The notes under the pieces: model-generated
What the model was told of the DNA's origin: nothing
The model's database searches: none
What the model saw: the letters and a program-made list of their open reading frames with translations, nothing else
NCBI GenBank assembly: GCA_903853385.1
Contig: CAINTJ010000001.1
Span: forward strand, 14,629-78,628
Source: an uncultured Gammaproteobacteria bacterium
GTDB lineage: Bacteria > Pseudomonadota > Gammaproteobacteria > Pseudomonadales > Pseudohongiellaceae
Direction of reading: 5' to 3'
Length of the DNA: 64,000 nt
Shown here: positions 28,542-37,919 of the stretch, piece by piece
Numbering within the stretch: the first letter of the stretch is position 1
Layout of the letters: every line of letters begins with the position of its first letter
Made by a program: the position numbers and the translations under genes

Positions 28542-29449
28542 GCTCGGTCTTCGCCAGCGCGCTGTTCCAGATAACGGTGGATGTCGATATTGTCGGCCAT
28601 CGGGCCTAGCCTGGCTTCGGCCTCGTCGTAGAGTTTAGATATGGCATCGACAAAGATGTTGGAGTCTTGTACCGAATCCACCAGTGCCTTGGCAAAGCGC
28701 AAATCCTTCGCCATCAGGCCCAGATAAAAACCGGATGTGAATTTGCGTGGCAGCACAAAGGCAGGAAACTTGTGTTCACTGCTGTTGCTGCGACCGGTGG
28801 AGGCGTTGATGATGTCGATCATTACTTTGGGATCGAGCCCGAATTTTTCACCCGCGATAATCGCTTCGGACGTGATCGCCAGTGTTGTGGCTGACAGGAA
28901 ATTGTTGATCGCTTTCATCGCGTGGCCGGAGCCGGAGCCGCCGGTGGCGAATACCTTGCCCAGCTTTTCCAGCAGCGACTGACAGGCGGCAATCGTGTCT
29001 GCGTCACCGCCGGCCATGATGGCAAGTCCGCCGGACACCGCTTTGACCACGCCACCGGACACCGGTGCATCAATCATCGCGAAGCCCCTGACTTGCAGTT
29101 CCTGGGCCAGCGTACGGGTGTCGACCGGCGAACTGGAGCTCATATCGATCAGGATCGCACCGGCCTGCAAACCACTGACTACTCCGTCGGCTTCCATCAG
29201 TACTTTGCGCACGGCCTTGCCGTCAGGCAGCATCGTGATAACCACCGTGCTGCGCTGGCCGAGCTCGGCCAGCCGGGTGGTGGCGAGCGCGCCCGTTTCC
29301 GCACAGAACTTATTGACGGCTTCGGTGTTCAGATCACTGACAATCAGTTGATAACCAGCCTGCGCCAGTAGTTTCGCCATCGGATAGCCCATGTTGCCGA
29401 GGCCGATGAAACCGATCGTTGCCGGTGGGGTGATGCTGGGGATTGTCAT
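28538..29449 (-). CDS. NAD(P)-dependent 3-hydroxyisobutyrate dehydrogenase-like oxidoreductase
   Basis: 303 aa with the Rossmann motif IGFIGLGNMGYPMAKLL and the GGSGSGHAMKAINN motif typical of HIBADH/6PGDH-type enzymes. Confidence 0.9.
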   Translation of the reverse strand: MTIPSITPPATIGFIGLGNMGYPMAKLLAQAGYQLIVSDLNTEAVNKFCAETGALATTRLAELGQRSTVVITMLPDGKAVRKVLMEADGVVSGLQAGAILIDMSSSSPVDTRTLAQELQVRGFAMIDAPVSGGVVKAVSGGLAIMAGGDADTIAACQSLLEKLGKVFATGGSGSGHAMKAINNFLSATTLAITSEAIIAGEKFGLDPKVMIDIINASTGRSNSSEHKFPAFVLPRKFTSGFYLGLMAKDLRFAKALVDSVQDSNIFVDAISKLYDEAEARLGPMADNIDIHRYLEQRAGEDRA

Positions 29450-29455
29450 CGAGTG

Positions 29456-29908
29456 TTACTTCTTGCTGGCTTTGGTTTTTTTGACAGCCGGTGCGGCTTT
29501 GGTTGTTTTGGCAGCATGCTCGGCATCCCACTCAGTGATCACTGTATTGGCCGCACGGAAGCTGTCCACGGCGGCTGGCACGCCGCAATACACCGCAGTT
29601 TGCAGAAACACCGCAGCGATCTGGTCATTGGTAAGGCCGTTGTTTTTGGCGCCACGCACGTGGGTGGCCACTTCATGGGTCTTGCCGAGCGCGGTCAGCA
29701 TGGCCAAGTTGATCAGGCTGCGTTCCTTGCGGCTGAGGCCGGGGCCATTCCAGCCGGCGCCCCAGCAATATTCGTTGAGCAGGTCCTGCAGGCCGCTGTT
29801 GAAGTCGTTGCGGTTGTTCATCGCGGCATCGACGTATTTCTGGCCCAGTACTTCGCTGCGGGTTTTGAGGCCAATTGCGCGGAGGGCTTTGCGGGAATCA
29901 GTGGACAT
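29456..29908 (-). CDS. carboxymuconolactone decarboxylase family protein with a Lys/Ala-rich C-terminal tail
   Basis: ATG at 29908 is preceded by CCAGGAG. MSTDSRKALRAIGLKTRSEVLG... and the CMD core are present. The tail AKTTKAAPAVKKTKASKK is unusual. The ORF track starts at an upstream TTG (29929). Confidence 0.82.
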   Translation of the reverse strand: MSTDSRKALRAIGLKTRSEVLGQKYVDAAMNNRNDFNSGLQDLLNEYCWGAGWNGPGLSRKERSLINLAMLTALGKTHEVATHVRGAKNNGLTNDQIAAVFLQTAVYCGVPAAVDSFRAANTVITEWDAEHAAKTTKAAPAVKKTKASKK

Positions 29909-29970
29909 AGGGCTCCTGGACGGTAACAAAAGGTTGTAATGGATGATGAAAGGTTTCCATCATACAACGA

Positions 29971-30010
29971 TCAAGCCATCAAGCCATCAAGCCATCAAGC
30001 CATCAAGGCA
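29971..30010. repeat. tandem octanucleotide repeat (TCAAGCCA x4 + TCAAGGCA)
   Basis: Read directly: tcaagcca tcaagcca tcaagcca tcaagcca tcaaggca. It lies in the 334-nt divergent intergenic region between the CMD operon and the SDR gene. Confidence 0.95.
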
Positions 30011-30242
30011 GTCAGGCCCGGATAAAATTCAATCGGATATTTGCCGGTCCACAGCTTGTTGGGAATGCATGTAGTTCATGTCGGGCACCATGCACATCGC
30101 CACTGCCCGGCAAGGCGCTGCCAGCCTGTGCTGCTTATGGGCGTTGTTTTCAATGATGGCATTTACCTAGAGTGGCTTTAGGGTTTTAATCAAAATTGAA
30201 AATAATAGTTTTGCGCTCGACAACTCATGGACAACAGGCATC

Positions 30243-30998
30243 ATGAAACCAGATTTGAATTTGCACTACATTCTTATCACCGGCGCAGGGCGTGGCCTGG
30301 GTCGGCATCTGGCCGAGCATCTGGCCGCTTGCGGGGCCATTGTGGGGGTAGCCGATATTGACACCGCCACCTGTACTGCCACCGTGGCCGATCTGATCTC
30401 CAAAGGTTATCAGGCCCATGCTTATGTCGGTGATCTGGCCGATCAAGCCACGTTCCAGCGTGTGGCTGACGAGTTCGCCAGCCTCGGCGGCCGCATTGAC
30501 GCCATCATCAACAACGCAATGATTTTGCATTACTGTCCAGTGGAACTGGTGGAAGATGCGCGCTTGACGGCAATGCTGGCCATTGGCATCAAGGCGCCGT
30601 TCTGGTCAGCGCAGGCCTTGCTGAAACATTACGACAACTCGCGCGGTGCCAGCCTCATCAACATGTCGTCGCCGGTTGCCCATCGCGGTTATCCGAATAC
30701 CTCGGCGTACAGCGCAGTCAAAGGCGCCATCACCGCCTTAACCAAAGTGCTCGGGGCAGAGCTGGGACCCAAAGGCATTCGTGTCAATGCGGTATCGCCT
30801 GCGTCGGTGCCAACCCCCGGCGCACTTGGACTCAATACCAAGGAAGTGTACGAACAACGCAAGGCATCGATTCCGTTGCGCAGGCTCGGCACCGAAGCGG
30901 ACAACTCCAATGCGATTGCGTTTCTGCTCAGCAAGGAAGCCAGCTTCGTGAATGGCGAAATCTTCAATGTCGATGGCGGTGTGGCCGGTTCCGCCTAG
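30243..30998 (+). CDS. SDR family oxidoreductase
   Basis: 251 aa with the TGAGRGLG cofactor motif, NNA, and the YSAVK catalytic YxxxK. Confidence 0.9.
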   Translation: MKPDLNLHYILITGAGRGLGRHLAEHLAACGAIVGVADIDTATCTATVADLISKGYQAHAYVGDLADQATFQRVADEFASLGGRIDAIINNAMILHYCPVELVEDARLTAMLAIGIKAPFWSAQALLKHYDNSRGASLINMSSPVAHRGYPNTSAYSAVKGAITALTKVLGAELGPKGIRVNAVSPASVPTPGALGLNTKEVYEQRKASIPLRRLGTEADNSNAIAFLLSKEASFVNGEIFNVDGGVAGSA

Positions 30999-32185
30999 CC
31001 ACAACTGTATAACGCATCAATCAACCGCGCCGCCCGCGGCCCGTTGGTGCCCACGGCATGCATCTTGTTGCAGCAATAGGCGAAGCCGATGCCTGCATCC
31101 GGATCGCAGAAGCCGAGCGAGCCACCGAGGCCGTGGTGGCCGAAGCTGCGCATGTTGGGTCCCATATAAACCGCTTCCGGCGTGTTGAGCAGGATGCCAA
31201 GCGCCTGATGGTAGGGTCGGTCCTGCATCGCTTCAGTCTGGTTGTGTTGTTCGACAATCATGGCTTCCATGGCAGGCTTGCCCATTACCTTCACTCCTTC
31301 AAGTGTGCCGCCGTTGCCGAGCGCACCATAAATTCTGGCGACACCACGCGCATTGCCATGGCCGCTGCCACTGGCGATTTCACAGGTCTTCCAGATGGCG
31401 CTGTTCATCGTGGTGGCCCATGGCTCAAGCGGGTTCTGTTTGAAGGCGAGTGCGCGCAGTGAAGTCTGGTCTTCATGATCCTTGGCTGCGAACAAGCGCG
31501 CATTCATGTTGGGCATTACTTCCGCCACGGTAACTTGTTCGGCTGCACTCATGCGGCCGATGTAATACTCAACCTTGAGCGGGTCGGTGATTTGCTGGCG
31601 CAAAAAAGGGCCCACAGTCATGCCGGTGACACGACGCATAAGTTCGCCCAGCAAAAAGCCCTGGTGATGCACGTGGTAGGCGGCCTTGGTGCCGATCTCC
31701 CACAAGGGTTCCTGTTGTTCGAGTGCGTGAATCATGGCTTCGCGGTCGAACATGGCGCCAGGCCAGAGCGGGTTGGTGGTCAGCACCGGCACTGCTGCAG
31801 TATGGTCGAGGAAATGACGCACCAACGTCTTGTCCTTGCCGTGCTGGCCATACTCGGGCCAGTAGTCGGTAACGCGCGCATCGGGATGGATGAGGCCACG
31901 TTCGATCAGCATGTTGAAACAAATGGCAGTGACGCCCTTGGCCACTGACATCATGCATACGGTAGTGGCAGCATCCCACGGTGTGGATTGCATACTGTTG
32001 CGCCAGCCACCCCATAGATCAATTACCGTGTTGCCATTCACCATGATGCTGACCCCGGCACCAACTTCATCTTCCACTGTGAAGTTCTCGATGAAAGCGT
32101 CGACCACGGCCCGATATTTGGGATCATAGTGGCCCGACAGGGCAAAGCTGGCGGTGCGGGCTGAAAGAGAGTGCTGGAATTGCAT
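30995..32185 (-). CDS. serine hydrolase, beta-lactamase/family VIII esterase fold
   Basis: 396 aa with the SVAK (SxxK) nucleophile motif in MMSVAKGVT. The 3' end overlaps the convergent SDR gene by 4 nt. Confidence 0.88.
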   Translation of the reverse strand: MQFQHSLSARTASFALSGHYDPKYRAVVDAFIENFTVEDEVGAGVSIMVNGNTVIDLWGGWRNSMQSTPWDAATTVCMMSVAKGVTAICFNMLIERGLIHPDARVTDYWPEYGQHGKDKTLVRHFLDHTAAVPVLTTNPLWPGAMFDREAMIHALEQQEPLWEIGTKAAYHVHHQGFLLGELMRRVTGMTVGPFLRQQITDPLKVEYYIGRMSAAEQVTVAEVMPNMNARLFAAKDHEDQTSLRALAFKQNPLEPWATTMNSAIWKTCEIASGSGHGNARGVARIYGALGNGGTLEGVKVMGKPAMEAMIVEQHNQTEAMQDRPYHQALGILLNTPEAVYMGPNMRSFGHHGLGGSLGFCDPDAGIGFAYCCNKMHAVGTNGPRAARLIDALYSCG

Positions 32186-32286
32186 GGGTAGTACCTGGTT
32201 GAGCCGGGCTGGAACGGCAGCTGCCTATTATTGGCCAGAGTTATTGAAAACCAGAAGCGTAAAAATGAACTGCAAAATCCAGGCAT

Positions 32287-32314
32287 AAAAAAAGCAAGCC
32301 GAAGCTTGCTTTTT
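32287..32314 (-). terminator. intrinsic terminator of the cold-shock gene
   Basis: On the minus strand: GCAAGC-UUCG-GCUUGC, a GC stem with a UUCG tetraloop, followed by U7. It lies about 20 nt after the csp stop. An A-run on the other side makes it potentially bidirectional. Confidence 0.78.
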
Positions 32315-32333
32315 ACTGACCTTGATTCGCAGC

Positions 32334-32543
32334 TTACAGGGCTACGATGTTCTCGGCCTGTGGGCCTTTCTGGCCTTGTACTACGGTGAACTCAACTTTC
32401 TGGCCTTCGGCGAGGGTTTTGAAGCCCGGGCTGGAGATGGCGCTGAAATGAGCGAACACATCGGGGCCGGACGCCTGGGCAATAAAACCGAAACCTTTGG
32501 CTTCGTTGAACCATTTGACAGTGCCGGATACTTTGTTTGACAT
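32334..32543 (-). CDS. cold-shock protein, CspA family
   Basis: 69 aa. [21 protein letters not shown] contains the RNP1 motif and DVFAHF is RNP2. Confidence 0.97.
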   Translation of the reverse strand: MSNKVSGTVKWFNEAKGFGFIAQASGPDVFAHFSAISSPGFKTLAEGQKVEFTVVQGQKGPQAENIVAL

Positions 32544-32815
32544 TTTGATAACCTATTTAATAAACATGGGTAAGCCTTGGTCGGGCTTGGTGGTCTTTCT
32601 GGGTAGTAGCTGAAAACATGCTGGGATAAGAAACTTTTTAAACGGAGAATTTGGAAATTGCTACGAAGGGAAAGTTGATATGAGCCGGTTTTACTAGCTG
32701 CGGCGCATTCTATAGAGTAATGCTTGACAAGTCAATCTTATTATTCTTCGAAATCACAAATGGCGGGAAGTGGCTATACTCGCAGCAAACAATAAAGCGA
32801 GCAGTAGTAGTCTCC

Positions 32816-34429
32816 ATGTCCGACTCCGCAACATCTACTTTCGACTACATCATCATCGGTGCCGGTACTGCCGGTTGTGTGCTGGCGGCCCGCCTGTCCG
32901 AGAATCCGGCCCATCGGGTGTGTCTGATAGAAGCCGGGGGTTCCGAGCAGCATCCCTATATCAGCATCCCGGCAGCAGTCGGTGCAGCCATCATGAGTGA
33001 ACGGTTTGGCTGGGGTTTGGCCACCACGCCACAGACTGCGCTTAACCATCGTGTGATTGCGTTGCCGCGCGGCAAAGTGCTGGGTGGCAGCGGCTCAGTC
33101 AATGGCATGGCCTATTACCGGGGTCCCGCACGTGACTATGATGACTGGGCAGCAGCGGGCAATCATGGCTGGAGCTATGCAGAACTGTTGCCGTATTTCT
33201 TGCGCTCGGAACGCAATGAATATTACGGTAGTTCGGCTTGTCATCGCACCGATGGGCCGATGGCGGTGAGTTTCGTCAAGCGGCCCAATGCGTTGTGTGA
33301 AGTGTTCAATCGCGCTATGGCGGAGCTGGGCTTTCCTTATTGCGAAGATTTCAATGTGGCCGCGCCTGAAGGTTATGGCTACCGGCAAGGCACCATCTCC
33401 AAAGGCCGTCGCGTTTCCACTGCCAGCGCCTATCTGCGGCCGGCCTTGGCGCGCAAAAATCTGACTGTGCTCACCCATACCATGACCCGCAGGGTTGTGC
33501 TGGAGCATGGCACGGCGGTGGGCGTGGAAATCCAGACCGCACACGGCCAGCAAACTCTGCGGGTCAGGCGCGAAGTGGTGCTGAGCGCCGGTGCCTTTCA
33601 TTCGCCGCACATCCTGCTGCATTCCGGCATAGGCGACAGTGTTGAGTTGCAAGCCGCTGGTATCACGCCACAGCATCAGCTCAGTGGGGTCGGGCGCAAC
33701 CTCACTGATCACCCCGCCACCTATGTGGCAATGGATACTGATGACAGCACCTCCTACGGCTTGTCATGGCGTGCCTCGTTGCGTGATCTATGGAACGGAC
33801 TCGAATATCTGCTTGCACGCCAGGGTCCGCTGGCCAGCAATCTGTTCGAGACCAATGCCTATATCAAGACTCACAGCGGCCTCGACCGGCCTGACATGCA
33901 AGTAGTGTTTCAACCGGCGCGCCGTAATATCAAGCCGTTTCCGCTGCCGCTCGGGCATGGTTATGCGATCAGTCTGGTATGTTTGTATCCGCACAGTCGC
34001 GGCACCGTGAAGGTGAGCAGCAACGATCCCTTGTCGAAGCCGTTGATTGATCCGGCGCTTGGTTCTGCACAGCAGGATATTGATACCCTGGTAGGCGGCG
34101 TGAAACTGGCGCGCCGCATTCTGGGTGCGACTGGATTCCAACCCTACAATGCCCACGAACGCTTGCCGGGTGCCACTGTGAACAGTGATGCAGAATTGGC
34201 AAACTATGTGCGCAACACGCTCGCCACTGTGCATCACCCTGGTGGTACTTGCCGCATGGGTATTGATGCCGAAGCGGTGGTTGATCCCGAACTGAAACTA
34301 CATGGACTCAGTGGTCTGCGCGTGGTCGATGCCTCGGTGTATCCGCGTCTGGTAGGTGCCAACACCAATGCCAGCGTGGTCGCCATCGCGGAAAAGGCGT
34401 CTGATATGCTACTTTCCGTCAAACCCTGA
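32816..34429 (+). CDS. GMC family oxidoreductase (choline dehydrogenase-like)
   Basis: The start is chosen at MSDSATSTFDYIIIGAGTAGCVLAARLSE. GMC signature regions are present, including GGSGSVNGMAY and HPGGTCRMG. Confidence 0.92.
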   Translation: MSDSATSTFDYIIIGAGTAGCVLAARLSENPAHRVCLIEAGGSEQHPYISIPAAVGAAIMSERFGWGLATTPQTALNHRVIALPRGKVLGGSGSVNGMAYYRGPARDYDDWAAAGNHGWSYAELLPYFLRSERNEYYGSSACHRTDGPMAVSFVKRPNALCEVFNRAMAELGFPYCEDFNVAAPEGYGYRQGTISKGRRVSTASAYLRPALARKNLTVLTHTMTRRVVLEHGTAVGVEIQTAHGQQTLRVRREVVLSAGAFHSPHILLHSGIGDSVELQAAGITPQHQLSGVGRNLTDHPATYVAMDTDDSTSYGLSWRASLRDLWNGLEYLLARQGPLASNLFETNAYIKTHSGLDRPDMQVVFQPARRNIKPFPLPLGHGYAISLVCLYPHSRGTVKVSSNDPLSKPLIDPALGSAQQDIDTLVGGVKLARRILGATGFQPYNAHERLPGATVNSDAELANYVRNTLATVHHPGGTCRMGIDAEAVVDPELKLHGLSGLRVVDASVYPRLVGANTNASVVAIAEKASDMLLSVKP

Positions 34430-34449
34430 AAAGCACTGGAGACCAAAAC

Positions 34450-35331
34450 ATGGCCATCGAACACATGCGCACCTGGAAGATCGGTGACGTCGAAATTACC
34501 CGTCTGGTGGAAGTGAACGCCTGGGAAGATGACATCACGATGTTGTTGCCTGCTGCCACGCCGGCCACGGTGCAAGCCTATCCGTGGCTGATGCCTCATT
34601 ATGCTACGCCGGCCGGCAAGATGCTGATCTCGTTCCAGTGTTTTGTGATGCGCACGAAAGATCGCCAGATCATGCTTGATACTTGTATCGGCAATGATCG
34701 CCAGCGCGAGTTTCCGGTGTTCACCAACATGCAGACCAGCTTCCTGGCCGATCTCGCCCATGCCGGTTTCAATCCGGCTGACATCGATACCGTGCTGTGC
34801 ACGCATTTGCATTTCGATCACGTCGGCTGGAACACCCATCTGGTCAACGGCAAGTGGGTACCGACCTTTCCGAATGCGCGCTATTTGTTTGGCAGCAAGG
34901 AATATGCGCACTGGAAAATGCTGAATGACACGCACGGCTATCACGACCTCAACCATATGAGCGATGCGGTCCAGCCCGTACTGGATGCCGGTCTGGTGGA
35001 TTTTATTGAGCCCGATCACCGGATTTGTCCGGAGCTGACCTTGATGCCGACCCCTGGTCACACCCCCGGCCATGTCAGCATCTGCATCGAGTCAAACGGC
35101 GAGCGTGCCATTGTCACCGGCGACATGATGCATCACCCGATCCAGTTCGAACTGCCCGGTGATATGGCACGCTTTGACATGAACCAGCAGCAAGCGGCAC
35201 AGACCCGCGTGGGTTTTGTCGACCAGGTGGCCAACAGCGGCACCTACATCATTGGCAGCCATTTCAATGAGCCTACTGGCGGCTATCTGGTACGGGATGC
35301 GCATGGGTGCCGATTGCAGCAGAAAAAATAG
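34450..35331 (+). CDS. MBL-fold hydrolase, lactonase-like
   Basis: 293 aa with the CTHLHFDHVGW motif and a later PTPGHTPGH motif. Confidence 0.85.
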   Translation: MAIEHMRTWKIGDVEITRLVEVNAWEDDITMLLPAATPATVQAYPWLMPHYATPAGKMLISFQCFVMRTKDRQIMLDTCIGNDRQREFPVFTNMQTSFLADLAHAGFNPADIDTVLCTHLHFDHVGWNTHLVNGKWVPTFPNARYLFGSKEYAHWKMLNDTHGYHDLNHMSDAVQPVLDAGLVDFIEPDHRICPELTLMPTPGHTPGHVSICIESNGERAIVTGDMMHHPIQFELPGDMARFDMNQQQAAQTRVGFVDQVANSGTYIIGSHFNEPTGGYLVRDAHGCRLQQKK

Positions 35332-35427
35332 TCGTAACCAAGGCGTGCCATCTGCTGCTGCGTGCGGCTTGTCTTGCGTAAAGTTTCTCCAGTACAGTCA
35401 GACAGTGTCTTTTCCGGGGCAAAGCAA

Positions 35428-36336
35428 ATGAGCGCACCAATTCAGTGGCCACAAAAACAGCGCGACATCCATAACCACCACATGGATTCCACCCGTTGGG
35501 ACCGCTTCCGTTTCCGTGACGACGACATTGTGATCGGCACCTGGGCCAAGTCTGGCACTACCTGGATGCAACAAATCATCAGCCAGCTGGTGAGTCAGGG
35601 TGACAACGCTGACTTGGCCTTCGCAGCCTCACCCTGGCTGGATCTGCGGGTGATGCCGATTGATGAAGTGCTCAGTCAGCTGGAAGCACAGCAGCACCGC
35701 CGCTTTGTCAAAACCCATTTGCCGGTGGATGCGCTGGTATTTTCACCGCAGGCCAAATACATCTATATCGCCCGCGATACCCGTGATGTGGTCTGGAGCA
35801 TGCATCACCACCATCTGCATTTCACGCCGCAAGCCTATGAGATGTTCAACAACACGCCGGGCCGGGCCGGACCGCCGCTGTTGCCGCCCACCGAGGACAT
35901 CCGTGCCTATTACCATGAGTTTCTCGATACCGATGCCGGCCAGTTCTGGCCGTTCTGGAGCAATGTGCAGTCGTGGTGGGATATTCGCGGATTGCCGAAT
36001 GTGCTGCTGGTGCACTTCAACAATCTGCGCGCCGACACCCAGGCAGAAATCAGCCGCATCGCCGATTTTCTTGGCATCAGTGTGAATGCCGCCAGTTGGC
36101 CGCAGATTCTCGAGCATTGCTCGCTGGCTTACATGAGGCAACAGGCCGCGCAGTCGGAACAGATGCAGGCAGTGTTCAAAGGCGGTGGCAGCAGCTTTAT
36201 CAACAAGGGCACCAATGAGCGCTGGCGCGAGGTGCTGTCGGCCGCGGAAGTGCAGAAAGCTGACGAGATCGCGGCGCGTAATTTGAGCGCAGACTGTGCG
36301 CATTGGCTGAAAACCGGAACCATGACGGCACGCTGA
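35428..36336 (+). CDS. PAPS-dependent sulfotransferase (Sulfotransfer_1 type)
   Basis: Start at the in-frame ATG at 35428. The 5'-PSB motif is WAKSGTTWMQQII and the 3'-PB motif is ARDTRDVVWS. Confidence 0.85.
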   Translation: MSAPIQWPQKQRDIHNHHMDSTRWDRFRFRDDDIVIGTWAKSGTTWMQQIISQLVSQGDNADLAFAASPWLDLRVMPIDEVLSQLEAQQHRRFVKTHLPVDALVFSPQAKYIYIARDTRDVVWSMHHHHLHFTPQAYEMFNNTPGRAGPPLLPPTEDIRAYYHEFLDTDAGQFWPFWSNVQSWWDIRGLPNVLLVHFNNLRADTQAEISRIADFLGISVNAASWPQILEHCSLAYMRQQAAQSEQMQAVFKGGGSSFINKGTNERWREVLSAAEVQKADEIAARNLSADCAHWLKTGTMTAR

Positions 36337-36484
36337 GCGGCCGGTTGCTGCCTGCCGATTCGGGATATTTTCCCGGGTAAAGCCGCAGAAGCTGGGCTAT
36401 TCTAAAAAAAACTGGCGTTAATCTGGTGCATGGAGATAATCATGCTAACCACATTTTTCCTGCAGACCAGTAGCTGAACGCGCT

Positions 36485-36895
36485 ATGGACAAGATTTACT
36501 CTCGCTGCCAACCAGAAACCCTGCTGCATATGGTATTCCGCAGGGCCGAAATGGCTGCCGGCAGGCTTGATCTGGTGGCACCGGAACAATTTCTGCAGTG
36601 TTCTGCGCTCAATCTGCGGCAGGGGCAAACCTTTCAGCCCCACCAGCATGTGTGGAAGCGTGGTCCGCAATCAGTGATAGCGCAGGAGAGCTGGGTGGTA
36701 ATCGCCGGGGAAGTGCGTTGTCTTTTTTATGATCTGGACGGCCAGTTTCTCGAAGACCATTGCTTGTTGCCGGGAGATGCCAGTTTTACCTTGCAAGGTG
36801 GACACAACTACGAGGCGCTGGTACCTGACACTCTGGTTTATGAATACAAGACCGGCCCCTATACCGGGCAGCAGCAGGACAAGGTATTTATTTGA
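36485..36895 (+). CDS. cupin-fold protein, WbuC-like
   Basis: 136 aa with a QPHQH...W motif and a beta-rich cupin pattern. It lies directly upstream of the GDP-sugar genes. Confidence 0.5.
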   Translation: MDKIYSRCQPETLLHMVFRRAEMAAGRLDLVAPEQFLQCSALNLRQGQTFQPHQHVWKRGPQSVIAQESWVVIAGEVRCLFYDLDGQFLEDHCLLPGDASFTLQGGHNYEALVPDTLVYEYKTGPYTGQQQDKVFI

Positions 36896-36929
36896 TTCAT
36901 CGTTGGGTCATTGAACAGAAGGAGTGCAG

Positions 36930-37919
36930 GTGCGTAAGGCATTTATCACAGGTATCAACGGCCAGGATGGTTCCCAGCTTGCCCGCTTGTTGTTGTCGAA
37001 AGGCTACGAAGTACACGGCATCGTGCGACGTAATTCGATCCCTGAGCATCAGGAACTGCGCATCGACGATCTGACCGACCAGATCAGAACCTATTACGGC
37101 GATCTTGGCCACTCGTCGGCCATTTCCCGGCTGTTGCGGGATATCCAGCCGGATGAAATCTACCATCTGGCGGCCCAGTCCCATGTAAGAATCAGTTTTG
37201 AAATCCCGCTGTACACCGCCAACACCAACGCGATGGGAACCCTGAACATGCTGGAGGCCTACCGGCTGGAGTGTCCCGAGGCGCGTTTCTATCAGGCCTC
37301 CAGTTCCGAGATGTTTGGCACCGGCATTGATGACGATTTGTGCCAGCGGGAAACCACGACCATGCTGCCGACCAGCCCCTATGGCTGCGCCAAGTTGTTT
37401 GCGTACCATATCGTCAGAAACTACCGCAAATCCTACAAGCTGTTCGCATCCAATGGCATCCTGTTCAATCATGAGTCGTCGATGCGCGGTTCCAACTTTG
37501 TGACCGGCAAGGTCGTCAAAGGCGCGGTGATGATCAAGCTGGGCATGCTGTCGCATCTGGAAATGGGCAACATGGATTCCTATCGCGACTGGGGTCACAG
37601 CCGCGATTATGTAAGAGCCATGCACATGATTCTCAACCACAGTGAACCCGATGAATTCGTAGTGGCGACCGGGGTGACGCGCTCAGTGCGGGAAATGTGC
37701 GAATTCGTGTTCGGCCAGCTCGGCCTCAACTACCAGGACCACATCCGGATCAATCCCAAGTTTTTCCGGCCGGAAGAATTGCCGTATCTGAAAGGCGATG
37801 CCAGCAAAATACGCAACACGCTGGGCTGGCAGCCGGAAATCAGTTTCGAAGACATGATGCTGGAAATGATCGAGTACTGGACCAACAAGCTGAAAAAAAG
37901 CCAGCATTGTCAGGACTGA
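36930..37919 (+). CDS. gmd: GDP-mannose 4,6-dehydratase
   Basis: RKAFITGINGQDGSQLARLLLSKGYEVHGIVRR, the YGCAKL catalytic YxxxK and FNHESSMRG are all present. The GTG at 36930 lies 6 nt after an AAGGAG SD. The ORF track starts at 36924. Confidence 0.92.
   Translation: MRKAFITGINGQDGSQLARLLLSKGYEVHGIVRRNSIPEHQELRIDDLTDQIRTYYGDLGHSSAISRLLRDIQPDEIYHLAAQSHVRISFEIPLYTANTNAMGTLNMLEAYRLECPEARFYQASSSEMFGTGIDDDLCQRETTTMLPTSPYGCAKLFAYHIVRNYRKSYKLFASNGILFNHESSMRGSNFVTGKVVKGAVMIKLGMLSHLEMGNMDSYRDWGHSRDYVRAMHMILNHSEPDEFVVATGVTRSVREMCEFVFGQLGLNYQDHIRINPKFFRPEELPYLKGDASKIRNTLGWQPEISFEDMMLEMIEYWTNKLKKSQHCQD

Noticed and set aside
29971-30010. The tandem repeat as a CRISPR array or coding repeat
   Set aside because: The units are 8 bp with no spacers, and the region is intergenic between divergent genes. 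It is a simple microsatellite-like repeat.
34234-35073. 279-aa ORF on the minus strand
   Set aside because: It is antisense to the end of the GMC gene and to the MBL-fold gene, both of which have clear motifs.
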